DNA of 64,000 nucleotides from a virus, in the IMG/VR virus record IMGVR_UViG_3300017963_000264, positions 6,184 through 70,183 of that record, one strand, 5' to 3'. Positions within the stretch are counted from its first letter, which is position 1. Each line of letters begins with the position of its first letter. Below are positions 9,621 through 18,336 of this stretch, piece after piece. The translations under genes were made by a program, and so were the position numbers. Under the pieces are notes generated by a model that worked only from the letters and a program-made list of their open reading frames with translations, was not told the origin of the DNA and did not search any database.

Positions 9621-10570
9621 TGCCATTTCATATCGATCATAGACCGGATAGTTTTGATGAATTTTATGGAAATATTAGTACTGTAAAAAGCCTGCAAAGT
9701 CTATTAAAGAAAAAAGATAAAATGCCTCATAGTATTATCTTTCAAGGACCAAGTGGTTGTGGTAAAACCACTCTTGCTCGTATTATGGCAAAAGAATTAG
9801 ATTGTGATATTAAAAGTAATTCTTTTACAGAAATTAATGCTGCCACTGACACGGGAATTGATACAGTAAGAAATATCACTAAAACTCTCTGGATGAAGCC
9901 AATGTTTGGTGATGTTAAAATCTATCTTATTGACGAAGTACATAGTGTATCAAAAGCATTTCAAAATGGTATTTTAAAACCATTGGAAGATACACCTCCT
10001 TTTGTCTATTTTTTTCTTTGCACTACTGACCCTCAAAAACTATTAAAAACTATTAGAAACCGCTGTACTACTTACGAAGTGGATTTACTTAGTGATAAAG
10101 ATATGGGGTCTTTACTCGAAGATATAATTGCTAAAGAAGATAAACCAATTGACAAAATTAATGAAGTTGTAATTGATGACATTATTGAGGTCGCCGATGG
10201 GTGCCCAAGACAGGCACTTGTTATTCTTGATCAAGTGATCGATATGGAACCTGCACGGCAACGGCGAGCAGTGAAAGATTATATAACAAATGAAGCCAAA
10301 ACAATTGAACTATGCAGAGCTTTATTAAAAGGGGCAAACTGGCCCAATATACAACCTATATTAAAAGATTTAACAGACGATCCTGAGAAGGTACGTAAGG
10401 CAGTTATAGGATATATGAGCGTTGTGGCATTAAATCAAAAAAATCCTCAAACTGTATATAATGCAGGTATGATATATAAACATTTTTCAAAAGCATTTTA
10501 TGATACTGGTAAAGCAGGGCTAACTTTTGCTTGTTGGGCAGCGGTTGAAAATCAAGATTTAAATATTTAA
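9620..10570 (+). CDS. dnaX: Clamp-loader AAA+ ATPase (DnaX gamma/tau or RFC-like)
   Basis: HRPDSFDEFYG, Walker A GPSGCGKT, IDEVH, LKPLED, TIRNRC (SRC motif). Confidence 0.88.
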   Translation: MPFHIDHRPDSFDEFYGNISTVKSLQSLLKKKDKMPHSIIFQGPSGCGKTTLARIMAKELDCDIKSNSFTEINAATDTGIDTVRNITKTLWMKPMFGDVKIYLIDEVHSVSKAFQNGILKPLEDTPPFVYFFLCTTDPQKLLKTIRNRCTTYEVDLLSDKDMGSLLEDIIAKEDKPIDKINEVVIDDIIEVADGCPRQALVILDQVIDMEPARQRRAVKDYITNEAKTIELCRALLKGANWPNIQPILKDLTDDPEKVRKAVIGYMSVVALNQKNPQTVYNAGMIYKHFSKAFYDTGKAGLTFACWAAVENQDLNI

Positions 10571-10583
10571 GAAAGTATTAGTA

Positions 10584-10602
10584 AAGCTTATAATATAATA
10601 AA
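10584..10602 (+). promoter_or_regulatory. Conserved promoter-like motif (copy 2)
   Basis: AAGCTTATAATATAATAAA. Confidence 0.55.
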
Positions 10603-10854
10603 GGGATAAAAAATGATAAAAATATTAAAAAATAAAGAAATCAAAAAACAGAAGCCTGGATTAAAATTAATGCCAAATCATTATCATTATATATCTAAGG
10701 CTGGGCGTGTTTGGAATTCTAAAATGTATGGTACTGCATACTGGCACGGAGATTGGTATAAAGAAAAAGAAAAGCAAAAAAAGCAGTAAAAGCCTGGGAT
10801 AAAAATTATCCGTTAATTGAAATTGAAATAGAACCAATAAAAAAGGAAAAATAA

Positions 10855-11331
10855 ATGAATTATAATGCCGATACAGATGTTGCAATCGATCCAGAAGATT
10901 TATTAGAAGAGTGGCTTCAGTTACCAAGCCTTTTTTATCAATATGGGCAAGCGGTAGCAGAGGCAGAAAAGAAAGCAAAAGATGCCTGGGAAGTTACAAA
11001 AGAATTAAAAGCTCGATTAAAAAAAGATAGTGGCGGTAAGAATGCTGATGAAAGAGAGGCTTATTTTAGAGGCAGCAAAGAATACAGTAAAGCAAAAACA
11101 GCACAAAATCAAGCCGAGTATGAACGTGATCTTGCTCAAAGCGCCTTGACTGCTTTATACAGAAAAGAAAAAAGTATTGATGGTGCTGTGCGATTAGCGC
11201 AGATGCAATGGTGGTTAGGGCCAGCAGAAGCCGTTAAAATTATTGGCGGTAAACGAATAAGTGAATATGTAAAAGAAGAAGAAAAGAATAACGCTATTAA
11301 TAGTCGCAGAAGTAAAAGGGCAAGAAAATGA
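10855..11331 (+). CDS. UvsY-like recombination mediator
   Basis: Helical 158-aa protein (DVAIDPEDLLEEWLQLPSLFYQY...) upstream of SSB-like and RecA genes. Confidence 0.55.
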   Translation: MNYNADTDVAIDPEDLLEEWLQLPSLFYQYGQAVAEAEKKAKDAWEVTKELKARLKKDSGGKNADEREAYFRGSKEYSKAKTAQNQAEYERDLAQSALTALYRKEKSIDGAVRLAQMQWWLGPAEAVKIIGGKRISEYVKEEEKNNAINSRRSKRARK

Positions 11332-11471
11332 TACTATGGATAATAGAAGGATTTGGGTGGGCTTGTTTGGGTGCAGCAGGTGCATTAATAATAACATTTA
11401 TAGTCTTTAAATTTACACAAATAATTTCAGCAGCCTGGGAATCAGGCAAAGAAAAAGCAAGAAGGAGATAA
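11328..11471 (+). CDS. Small single-TM protein (47 aa, not in ORF track)
   Basis: Hand-translated MILWIIEGFGWACLGAAGALIITFIVFK...RRR*; fills the gap between genes. Confidence 0.5.
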   Translation: MILWIIEGFGWACLGAAGALIITFIVFKFTQIISAAWESGKEKARRR

Positions 11472-11476
11472 AAGTT

Positions 11477-12607
11477 ATGGTAAACGATGTAAGAAGAGCA
11501 AGAGGCAGGCATAGCAGAGAAAACAGAGATAAGTTTGGTGGTGGGGGGGCAAGAAGCTATATTGTCGAAATCCCTGGTGTTGAAGCAGAGGATTGGTATA
11601 GTGTAAAGCGCCCCCAAAAAAACGAAATTGATATTATTGAATTTAAAATCACACAAGATTGGTATCCTAAATTAAGATGTCGCACTGGTGGCACTTGTGG
11701 TGATTTAGGATTGGTCCCCGGCGAGCTTGATTATAAGCTTGAAGTACCTGCTCATCAAGGAGTTGGACCTTTAAAGAAAAATCATGTCTGCCCCTATGAT
11801 GCTTTTGGAGATCCTTGTCCCATTTGTGAAGATAAATTTGCATTATTAGAAGCAAATAATAATGTCTGGAATCGTGATACTATGCAGCATTTATTAGCAT
11901 CTTGGAGATGTTTTTATAATATTTATGATTATGCTGAAAGCCGTTTTCGTCCTTGGCAAGTTGCGTATAATACCTGGGAAAAGAAAATGCAAGAAGCTTT
12001 GGATGCATATAAAGAAGAAACAGGCAACGAAATTTTTCCTTGGGCCTGGGATGAAGGCTGGGGCATGGAGTTTTTAGCGACTAAAAAGAACATGGGTGGT
12101 GGCAATTCGTATAACGAACCTCAACTACCTACTTTTTTTCAAAGAGATCCTTACACAATGGATGATGTTGAAGGGCTGTGGAGTTTTGATAAGTATTTAA
12201 AACTAAGTACTTATGAAGAAATTGCTGCTGATTATCATGGGCAGAACAAAGTTGAAACTTTAGCTACAAGCTATGCAGATCAAAAACCAGATAAACCAAC
12301 TACCAGAACTCGTAGCCGATCAAGAATGGAAACAGAACTTGAGCCAGAAGAGCCTACAACTCGCATAAGGCAACCTGCTAAAAAAGATGCGCCCTGGGAC
12401 GCAGATGCTTGTTCATATGGGCATGTTTATGGTAAGGATTTAAATCAGACGCCTGATTGCCAAAGCTGCACAGAAGAGGAATTTGAAAAGTGCTTGGCAA
12501 TTAAAGAAGGAAAAAATCAACCTAAAGAAGAATCAACAAACCGTAAAAGGCAAACTACAAAAACAGAAGAACCAAAAACCACTACTCGTAGAAGGCGAGG
12601 GAATTAA
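11477..12607 (+). CDS. T4 gp32-like single-stranded DNA-binding protein
   Basis: H...C...CPIC Zn motif, RCFYNIYD, charged low-complexity tail; recombination context. Confidence 0.6.
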   Translation: MVNDVRRARGRHSRENRDKFGGGGARSYIVEIPGVEAEDWYSVKRPQKNEIDIIEFKITQDWYPKLRCRTGGTCGDLGLVPGELDYKLEVPAHQGVGPLKKNHVCPYDAFGDPCPICEDKFALLEANNNVWNRDTMQHLLASWRCFYNIYDYAESRFRPWQVAYNTWEKKMQEALDAYKEETGNEIFPWAWDEGWGMEFLATKKNMGGGNSYNEPQLPTFFQRDPYTMDDVEGLWSFDKYLKLSTYEEIAADYHGQNKVETLATSYADQKPDKPTTRTRSRSRMETELEPEEPTTRIRQPAKKDAPWDADACSYGHVYGKDLNQTPDCQSCTEEEFEKCLAIKEGKNQPKEESTNRKRQTTKTEEPKTTTRRRRGN

Positions 12608-12631
12608 AATTATTAAAAGGAGATTAAAATT

Positions 12632-13384
12632 ATGTCTAAGCTTCATGAATTATTAGCAGTCGAAGGGGATCTTGCTGGAACATATAACAAAATTTTGGCA
12701 GAAACAAAAGTAAATTTCACTAAACATTCAGATCGTTATTTTGGCCAGCATCAACGAATTGAAAATCTTGACGAAAATGCTCCTAAAGAATCCGATACAC
12801 ATAAAGAAATGGATGATACTGTGCCATCTAAATTACAATATACGGCAGAACATATTATACGTTATTTAGATGTTGTTCTTGAAAAAGAAACCACAAACCA
12901 AGCGGCAAAGGCCGATTTAATAGTTGATGGCATTACTATTGCAAATAATCTTCCGGCAACTTTTCTTCTTGGGCTTGAATCTAAATTAAAGAAAATTAGA
13001 GACGATGTGTATGCTACAATTCCAACACTTCAGCCAGGAGTAAAATGGGAGAAAGACCCATCAATGGGAGACGATGTCTATAAAAGAACATTCTCTGATG
13101 AAAAATGGCGTACTAAAAAAGTAATGAAAAATCATGTTAAGGCTGAAGCAACAGATAAACATCCTGCGCAGGTCGAAATATATACTGAGGATGAAAAAGT
13201 TGCAAAAATTATAACTGATACATGGTGTGGTATGCTTTCGCCGGCAGAAAAATCATCTATCCTTAGTAGGTGTGATAAGCTTATTCAGGCAGTGAAAAAA
13301 GCACGTCAACAAGCTAATTCTGTCGAAGTTATTAATAGAATGGTTGGAAAACAAATTTTTGATTATATCAATAATAATGAATAA
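12632..13384 (+). CDS. Conserved coiled-coil hypothetical protein
   Basis: MSKLHELLAVE...ADLIVDG...PATFLLGLE...RTKKV...KAEATDKHPAQV...AVKKARQQAN; recalled as an uncharacterised family in actinobacteria and phages; strong AGGAG RBS. Confidence 0.75.
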   Translation: MSKLHELLAVEGDLAGTYNKILAETKVNFTKHSDRYFGQHQRIENLDENAPKESDTHKEMDDTVPSKLQYTAEHIIRYLDVVLEKETTNQAAKADLIVDGITIANNLPATFLLGLESKLKKIRDDVYATIPTLQPGVKWEKDPSMGDDVYKRTFSDEKWRTKKVMKNHVKAEATDKHPAQVEIYTEDEKVAKIITDTWCGMLSPAEKSSILSRCDKLIQAVKKARQQANSVEVINRMVGKQIFDYINNNE

Positions 13385-13387
13385 TTT

Positions 13388-13629
13388 TTGGGGCAGCTTT
13401 ATTATTAGCTTTATCATAATGTCAAAGATAAACTTAGCTTATTGACCCAATAGCTTTAGTCAATGTTCTTTATCAATTAGTTAGTATTTAATTCAAAATA
13501 TATCTGTGCGCAGGTTCGAATCCTGCCCCGGACGCCATAAAAAAATATTCTATGTCCGGGTAGCTCAGTGGAAGAGCAAGATTTATTAGCGAGAAATTAA
13601 ATATTTAATGAAAGAAAGAAACAAGACCC
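13388..13629 (+). ncRNA. Structured RNA with circularly permuted tRNA-like domain (YrlA/Y-RNA-like topology)
   Basis: T-arm GCAGG-TTCGAAT-CCTGC (13510-13526), then CCCGGAC-G-CCA (13527-13537), 16-nt linker, GTCCGGG (13554-13560), D-arm GCTC-AGTGGAA-GAGC; closing stems ATCT/AGAT and TATTTAATT/AATTAAATA. Outer ends are approximate. Confidence 0.75.
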
Positions 13630-13701
13630 AGCATATGGTCCAGTCTGGAAGGGCACATGTCTGAAACATGGAACTCAGGTTCAAATCCTGATATGCAAAC
13701 A
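13629..13701 (+). tRNA. Degenerate tRNA or tRNA-like element (identity uncertain)
   Basis: Acceptor GCATA/TATGC (5 bp), D-arm GTCC/GGGC, CATGT-CTGAA-ACATG anticodon arm with short loop, T-arm TCAGG-TTCAAAT-CCTGA; no CCA. Confidence 0.55.
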
Positions 13702-13704
13702 ATC

Positions 13705-13736
13705 GAGAGATGCGGGAAGGCGATCTCGCATCTCTC
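13705..13736 (+). terminator. Strong hairpin (terminator or processing site) after the tRNA-like locus
   Basis: GAGAGATGCGGGA-aggcga-TCTCGCATCTCTC. Confidence 0.6.
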
Positions 13737-13758
13737 AACTTTTAAAGGGAATTAATTA

Positions 13759-14895
13759 ATGACAGAAAAAAGACGAAGAAGGGCGAATAAAGAAAAGCCA
13801 ATACATGAGCAGTTTAGCGATTCAGCAAAAGAAAAAAGACAGCCTCGTAAAATTGATACCGATCAATTAATCCCTACTGGAATCACTTTATTAAATTGCT
13901 GTTTAAGTGATAATGCATTTGGTGGTTTTCAGAAGGGCAAAATTGCAACCGTCCCTGGCCCAAGCCAAAGCGGCAAATCTATTGTTGCTTGCACTACTTT
14001 TGCTGCTTGTGCTCATAATAAAGATTTTGACCAATATGATCTTATTTATGACGATATTGAAGAAGCTAAAGAATTTGATATGGGCTATTTATTTGGGCAA
14101 AAAACAAATGATAGAGTTATCGCTCCTAAATATAACAAAAACAATGAACCTATTTATAGCAATACGGTGCAGGATTTAGAAAGCAATATATTGCATCGTT
14201 GTGAACAAGGTAGTTGTAAGCCATTTGTTTATATTGCCGATACTTTAGACGCCTTAACAGAGGAAGAAGAAGTTGTAAAAGAATATCAAAATGCAATATT
14301 AAGGGCTAAAGATGAATATGCCATTAAAGATATTAAAGAAGCATTTGCAGGTAATAAAGCCTACATTTTAGGCCGTATGTTAAGGAATATAAAAGGGCTT
14401 CTTAAAAAGACCAATAGCACTTTAATTATGGTTCAGCAAGAACGAACAAAAATGGGTGCCACTGGATGGCAAAAACAATATACAACTTCTGGCGGGAAGG
14501 CTCCTTATTATTATTCAACCCATCAAGTAAGATTGGTAAATGCCGGAGAAATAAAAGATTCTGGTATAGTAATTGGAAACAAATTAAAAGCAAGTGTTGT
14601 TAAAAATAAACTAAATGGCAAAAAAAGAGATTGTGAATTTTGTGTATATAATGATCTCGGAGTTGACGATGTGGCAAGTTGCGTTGACTTTCTTTGTAAA
14701 AATAAGTATTGGGAAATTATTGCTGGTCACCCCAATACTTATAATGCTAAAGAAATTGATTTTCAAGGAAGCAAAATAAAATTAATTGAACATATAGAAA
14801 CAAATGCACTTGAAAAACAAATGCAAAAGGCTGTGAATGCAGCTTGGAATTTAAGAGAAGAAAAAGCTTTATTAAACAGAAGTAGGAGATTTTAA
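13759..14895 (+). CDS. RecA/UvsX-like recombinase
   Basis: IPTG, Walker A GPSQSGKS, DIEE, ADTLDAL, QQER, TSGGKA, VKNK. Confidence 0.88.
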   Translation: MTEKRRRRANKEKPIHEQFSDSAKEKRQPRKIDTDQLIPTGITLLNCCLSDNAFGGFQKGKIATVPGPSQSGKSIVACTTFAACAHNKDFDQYDLIYDDIEEAKEFDMGYLFGQKTNDRVIAPKYNKNNEPIYSNTVQDLESNILHRCEQGSCKPFVYIADTLDALTEEEEVVKEYQNAILRAKDEYAIKDIKEAFAGNKAYILGRMLRNIKGLLKKTNSTLIMVQQERTKMGATGWQKQYTTSGGKAPYYYSTHQVRLVNAGEIKDSGIVIGNKLKASVVKNKLNGKKRDCEFCVYNDLGVDDVASCVDFLCKNKYWEIIAGHPNTYNAKEIDFQGSKIKLIEHIETNALEKQMQKAVNAAWNLREEKALLNRSRRF

Positions 14896-15390
14896 ATGCA
14901 ACTATTTATGGGAATTGACCCAGGAGCAAAAGGGGCTGTTGCAGTTATAGATAAAAGCAACTGCATTATAAGTGGTTTTGATTGGCCCGGGGATGAGATT
15001 CAAACAGCTTCAAAAATTAAAGGTTTTTTAGACGATCATACAGTTATTGACCCAATAAAAGAAAGCCAATCTTTCCAACTTTATGCAGCTCTTGAATATG
15101 TACATGCTATGCCCAAACAAGGTGTTACGAGTATGTTTAAATTTGGAACCAATTATGGTATTTGGCGTGGAATATTAGCAGCATTTGAAATACCATTTTT
15201 TACTGTTCGCCCCCAACAATGGCAAAAAGGAATTGTTAAAAAAGCAGAAGGTAAAGATGCATCTGTTACCGCAGCAGCACAAATATTTCCTGCCGCTGAA
15301 TTATATGGGCCTCGGGGCGGTATTAAAGACGGAAGAGCAGATGCCTTACTAATTGCTTTATGGTGTAAAAAGGAGGTTTTGGGGAAATGA
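14896..15390 (+). CDS. RuvC-like Holliday junction resolvase
   Basis: GIDPG, LEYVH, FKFG.NYG, VRPQQWQK, DGRADALLIA. Confidence 0.85.
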   Translation: MQLFMGIDPGAKGAVAVIDKSNCIISGFDWPGDEIQTASKIKGFLDDHTVIDPIKESQSFQLYAALEYVHAMPKQGVTSMFKFGTNYGIWRGILAAFEIPFFTVRPQQWQKGIVKKAEGKDASVTAAAQIFPAAELYGPRGGIKDGRADALLIALWCKKEVLGK

Positions 15391-15758
15391 TGCCTTATTA
15401 TGAAAACATAAGAATGTTGCCATTTGTAACAGGGACATCTGTTTATGGTCCTTTTACTGATAAATCAGATATTGATATCGTTATGACATATTATGATGCA
15501 GATAGGCTTAAAGAGCAGCTTATGAAAGCAAGCTTTGAAATTAGAGAGCCAAATAAAATAATTAATCCTGTTTACGAAGGATTTGAATTTAATATTGCTT
15601 GTAGATCGTTTAATGTCATTTGTGTTGAAAACGAAAAAGAATATATGGCATGGCGATATGCAACCAATCAAATGTTATATGAAAATGAAATCAAAGATCG
15701 TAAAAAACGAATAAAACTTTTTACATCATATAAGGAGCAATATTTAAATGAATCCTAA
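15387..15758 (+). CDS. Minimal nucleotidyltransferase-fold protein
   Basis: TGTSVYG...SDIDIV (GS...DxD motif). Confidence 0.6.
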   Translation: MMPYYENIRMLPFVTGTSVYGPFTDKSDIDIVMTYYDADRLKEQLMKASFEIREPNKIINPVYEGFEFNIACRSFNVICVENEKEYMAWRYATNQMLYENEIKDRKKRIKLFTSYKEQYLNES

Positions 15759-15921
15759 AATTATAATGCCTTGGGGCAAATTCAAAGGTTCTTATTTACA
15801 TTCTTGCCCAAGTAGTTATTTAAGGTATTTGGCTGAGAATTGTGATTGGGACACAAGAATACAAGAAGCAGCAGATGAGGAATGGCAATGGCGAGAACGA
15901 TATAATGAGCATAAGGAATAA
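15748..15921 (+). CDS. Small DUF3820-like protein (57 aa, not in ORF track)
   Basis: Hand-translated MPWGKFKG..L...PSSYLRYL; GGAG RBS. Confidence 0.6.
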   Translation: MNPKIIMPWGKFKGSYLHSCPSSYLRYLAENCDWDTRIQEAADEEWQWRERYNEHKE

Positions 15922-15922
15922 T

Positions 15923-16117
15923 ATGAAATTAATCACAACAAAAGAAGCAAGAGAAGAAATCAAAGATACATTTGGAGTTGATATATCTTTGCCCACTATG
16001 ATTAATTGGATTAAAAAATATGGGCTTGGGCAAAAGATGGCAGGCCGTTGGTATTGTGATAATGAAAAGTTTAAAGCGTTTATAGAAGAAAATTTATTTA
16101 TGGGGAGCAATGATTAA
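15923..16117 (+). CDS. Small HTH (excisionase/MerR-like) DNA-binding protein
   Basis: MKLITTKEAREEI...ISLPTMINWIKK..LG.KMAGRWY; ATG at 15923 inside track ORF 15842. Confidence 0.6.
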   Translation: MKLITTKEAREEIKDTFGVDISLPTMINWIKKYGLGQKMAGRWYCDNEKFKAFIEENLFMGSND

Positions 16118-17171
16118 TTCAATACAAATAGAAAATTTTCTTAGCCATAAAGATACCTATATTCAATTACATTCTGGAGTGAATGTATTCCTTGGCGAAA
16201 GCGATGTTGGCAAAAGTGCTATCTTTAGAGCCATTAATAAAATAATATCTAATCGTCCTATGGGTACTGATTTTATTAGGTGGGGGCAAGATAATTGCAC
16301 CATTGGGCTTGATTTATCAGATAATACTTTAATTGAATGGATATATGAAGATAAAAAAGCCAAATATGTATTATCTCAAAAAGAAGAAACAATAGTGTTT
16401 AATGCATTTGGTAAAAAAGTGCCAGAAGAAATTTCAATTGCTCTTAATATCGAAGAGATTAATTTCCAGCACCAACTTACAAATGCTTTTTTATTTCAAT
16501 CATCGCCTGGGGAAGTAGCTCGTTATCTAAATCAAATCGTTAACCTTGATGTAATCGATACCGCCCTTTACAATATTAATCATAGATTAAAAAGTGAACA
16601 AAATTTATTAGCCAACAGAAATGCAGATGCTAAACGAATTAAAGAAGATTTAGAGCAGTATGATTGGCTGGATGAAGCAGAACGAAAATTAAATACAGCA
16701 TCTAAATTAGAAGGCGATTTAAACAGCCTTAAAACGTCTTTATCAGGGCTTAATAGTTTAATAAATAGCATAACAGCCATAAAGGAAAGATCGTTTAAAT
16801 ATGAGCAGATAACAGCGTTTGAAGGACAAATTAATAACTTAATCGACCTTGATAAGAAGATTGATAATTTATTTGATCAATATGACGATTTAAAAGCCTT
16901 TATTGATGATATTGAAAAATTAAATAAGATTATAAAAAATTCTACTGAAATTATTGCTGCCGAACCAATGTTAATAAAAATTGGCGAAATCGATAACGAA
17001 TTAGAAGGATTAATAGAAATAGAAAGAGATTTAAATTATTCAATGAATAATTTATTAGCACATGAGCAAAAGATTAAAAGACTAAAAAAACAAAAAAAAG
17101 ATTTAGAAAATAAATTTAATAAATTAATGCCAGAGGTTTGTCCGTTATGCGAACAAGAAATAAAAAAATAA
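16110..17171 (+). CDS. SbcC/Rad50-like ATPase, N-terminal half
   Basis: IQIENFLSH, Walker A GESDVGKS, Q-loop, coiled coil ending in CPLC zinc hook. Confidence 0.85.
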   Translation: MINSIQIENFLSHKDTYIQLHSGVNVFLGESDVGKSAIFRAINKIISNRPMGTDFIRWGQDNCTIGLDLSDNTLIEWIYEDKKAKYVLSQKEETIVFNAFGKKVPEEISIALNIEEINFQHQLTNAFLFQSSPGEVARYLNQIVNLDVIDTALYNINHRLKSEQNLLANRNADAKRIKEDLEQYDWLDEAERKLNTASKLEGDLNSLKTSLSGLNSLINSITAIKERSFKYEQITAFEGQINNLIDLDKKIDNLFDQYDDLKAFIDDIEKLNKIIKNSTEIIAAEPMLIKIGEIDNELEGLIEIERDLNYSMNNLLAHEQKIKRLKKQKKDLENKFNKLMPEVCPLCEQEIKK

Positions 17172-18076
17172 AAAACATAGATGCAATTTTAACGGCCGAT
17201 TGGCATATAAGAGCCACTGCCCCTGAATGCAGATTAGATGATTTCTTATCTGCTATGTGGAGAAAAGTGGAAGCTGTTTTTGATTTAGCAAAAACTCATA
17301 ATTGCCCTATACTTATTGCTGGCGACATAGGCCATCGCCATCAATGGCCTAATTGGTTAATTGAGAAATTCATACGCCTTATTAATAGATATGGGGCAAC
17401 TATTTATGCTATACCAGGGCAACATGATTTACCCCAACATAATTTAGCATTAAAACAAAAAAGCGCTTACGGTATATTGGTTGAAGGGAACCATATTATA
17501 GAAGACATTAAAATAATAATCCATCTTGGGCGAAAGATAGATAGTTTCCCTTTTGGCATAGGATTAAGGCATAGCGAGAAAAAAGAACCTTATATTGCAA
17601 TGACGCATCAAATGGTTATAGAAGGCAAACCAGATTGGCCGGGGCAACAGGCTTATTCTGCCGCTGGGTTATTAAAAAAATATCCTGAATATAAATTAAT
17701 TTTATCAGGAGACAATCATAAAGCATTTACTGTTAAATATAAAAACCGATTACTTGTTAATCCTGGAAGTCTGACGAGAACAACTGCTATACAAGCCGAT
17801 CATAAACCACGGGTTTATTTATGGGATAGTAATGCAAATGAGGTTGAAGCGGTTTATTTACCTATTGATAAAGATGCGATTGATAAAAGTCATATTGATG
17901 GTTATCTTGCTCCACAGCAACAAGATAAAAGGGTTTCGGCCTATGTGGATCGTTTAGATCAAAGCTATGAGCTAAGTCTTAGTTTTGAAAATAATCTTGA
18001 AGCCCATATGCAAACCAATAATACAGAAACTTCGGTTGTCGGTAGGGTATGGCAGGCGGTTGAAAAGACAACATAA
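17138..18076 (+). CDS. SbcD/Mre11-like metallophosphoesterase nuclease (likely ATG 17147)
   Basis: TADWH, AGD, PGQHD, MTH, SGDNH, NPGSL. Confidence 0.88.
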   Translation: MSVMRTRNKKIKNIDAILTADWHIRATAPECRLDDFLSAMWRKVEAVFDLAKTHNCPILIAGDIGHRHQWPNWLIEKFIRLINRYGATIYAIPGQHDLPQHNLALKQKSAYGILVEGNHIIEDIKIIIHLGRKIDSFPFGIGLRHSEKKEPYIAMTHQMVIEGKPDWPGQQAYSAAGLLKKYPEYKLILSGDNHKAFTVKYKNRLLVNPGSLTRTTAIQADHKPRVYLWDSNANEVEAVYLPIDKDAIDKSHIDGYLAPQQQDKRVSAYVDRLDQSYELSLSFENNLEAHMQTNNTETSVVGRVWQAVEKTT

Positions 18077-18090
18077 AAGGAGCAAAAATT

Positions 18091-18336
18091 ATGAATGGTG
18101 ACACATTAGAATTAATGAAAATGAAAAAACAAATTGAAAGCGCAAAGACCGAACTTGCACAAGCAGAAGGTGAAATGAAAAGCGTTCTTCGGCATATGGA
18201 AGATAAGTTTGGTTGTAAAAATAAAAAAGAAGCAGAACGAGAATTAAAAGCAATCGATAAACAGATTAGCAAAAAAGAAGATGAATTTTTAGAAGCAATG
18301 GATGATGTTAAAAATAATTTTCCTTGGAAGGATTAA
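18091..18336 (+). CDS. Small coiled-coil protein (possible SbcC arm piece)
   Basis: Heptad-rich 81 aa between SbcD and the SbcC C-terminal half; AGGAG RBS. Confidence 0.6.
   Translation: MNGDTLELMKMKKQIESAKTELAQAEGEMKSVLRHMEDKFGCKNKKEAERELKAIDKQISKKEDEFLEAMDDVKNNFPWKD

Larger units (their letters stand above)
9103..9622 (+). repeat. Three direct-repeat copies (about 35-40 bp) bounding small ORFs
   Basis: AAATAATAATAGAATTATATAAAGAGGAGAA identical at 9344-9374 and 9586-9616; diverged copy at about 9103-9135. Confidence 0.8.

Noticed and set aside
13500-13590. Two-piece permuted tmRNA, or attL/attR tRNA fragments
   Set aside because: Full D-arm present, no G3-U70 alanine determinant and no tag ORF seen; no integrase in the window, and the halves pair into one structure
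398-18272. Short minus-strand and alternate-frame ORFs in the replication arm
   Set aside because: They overlap confidently assigned + strand genes
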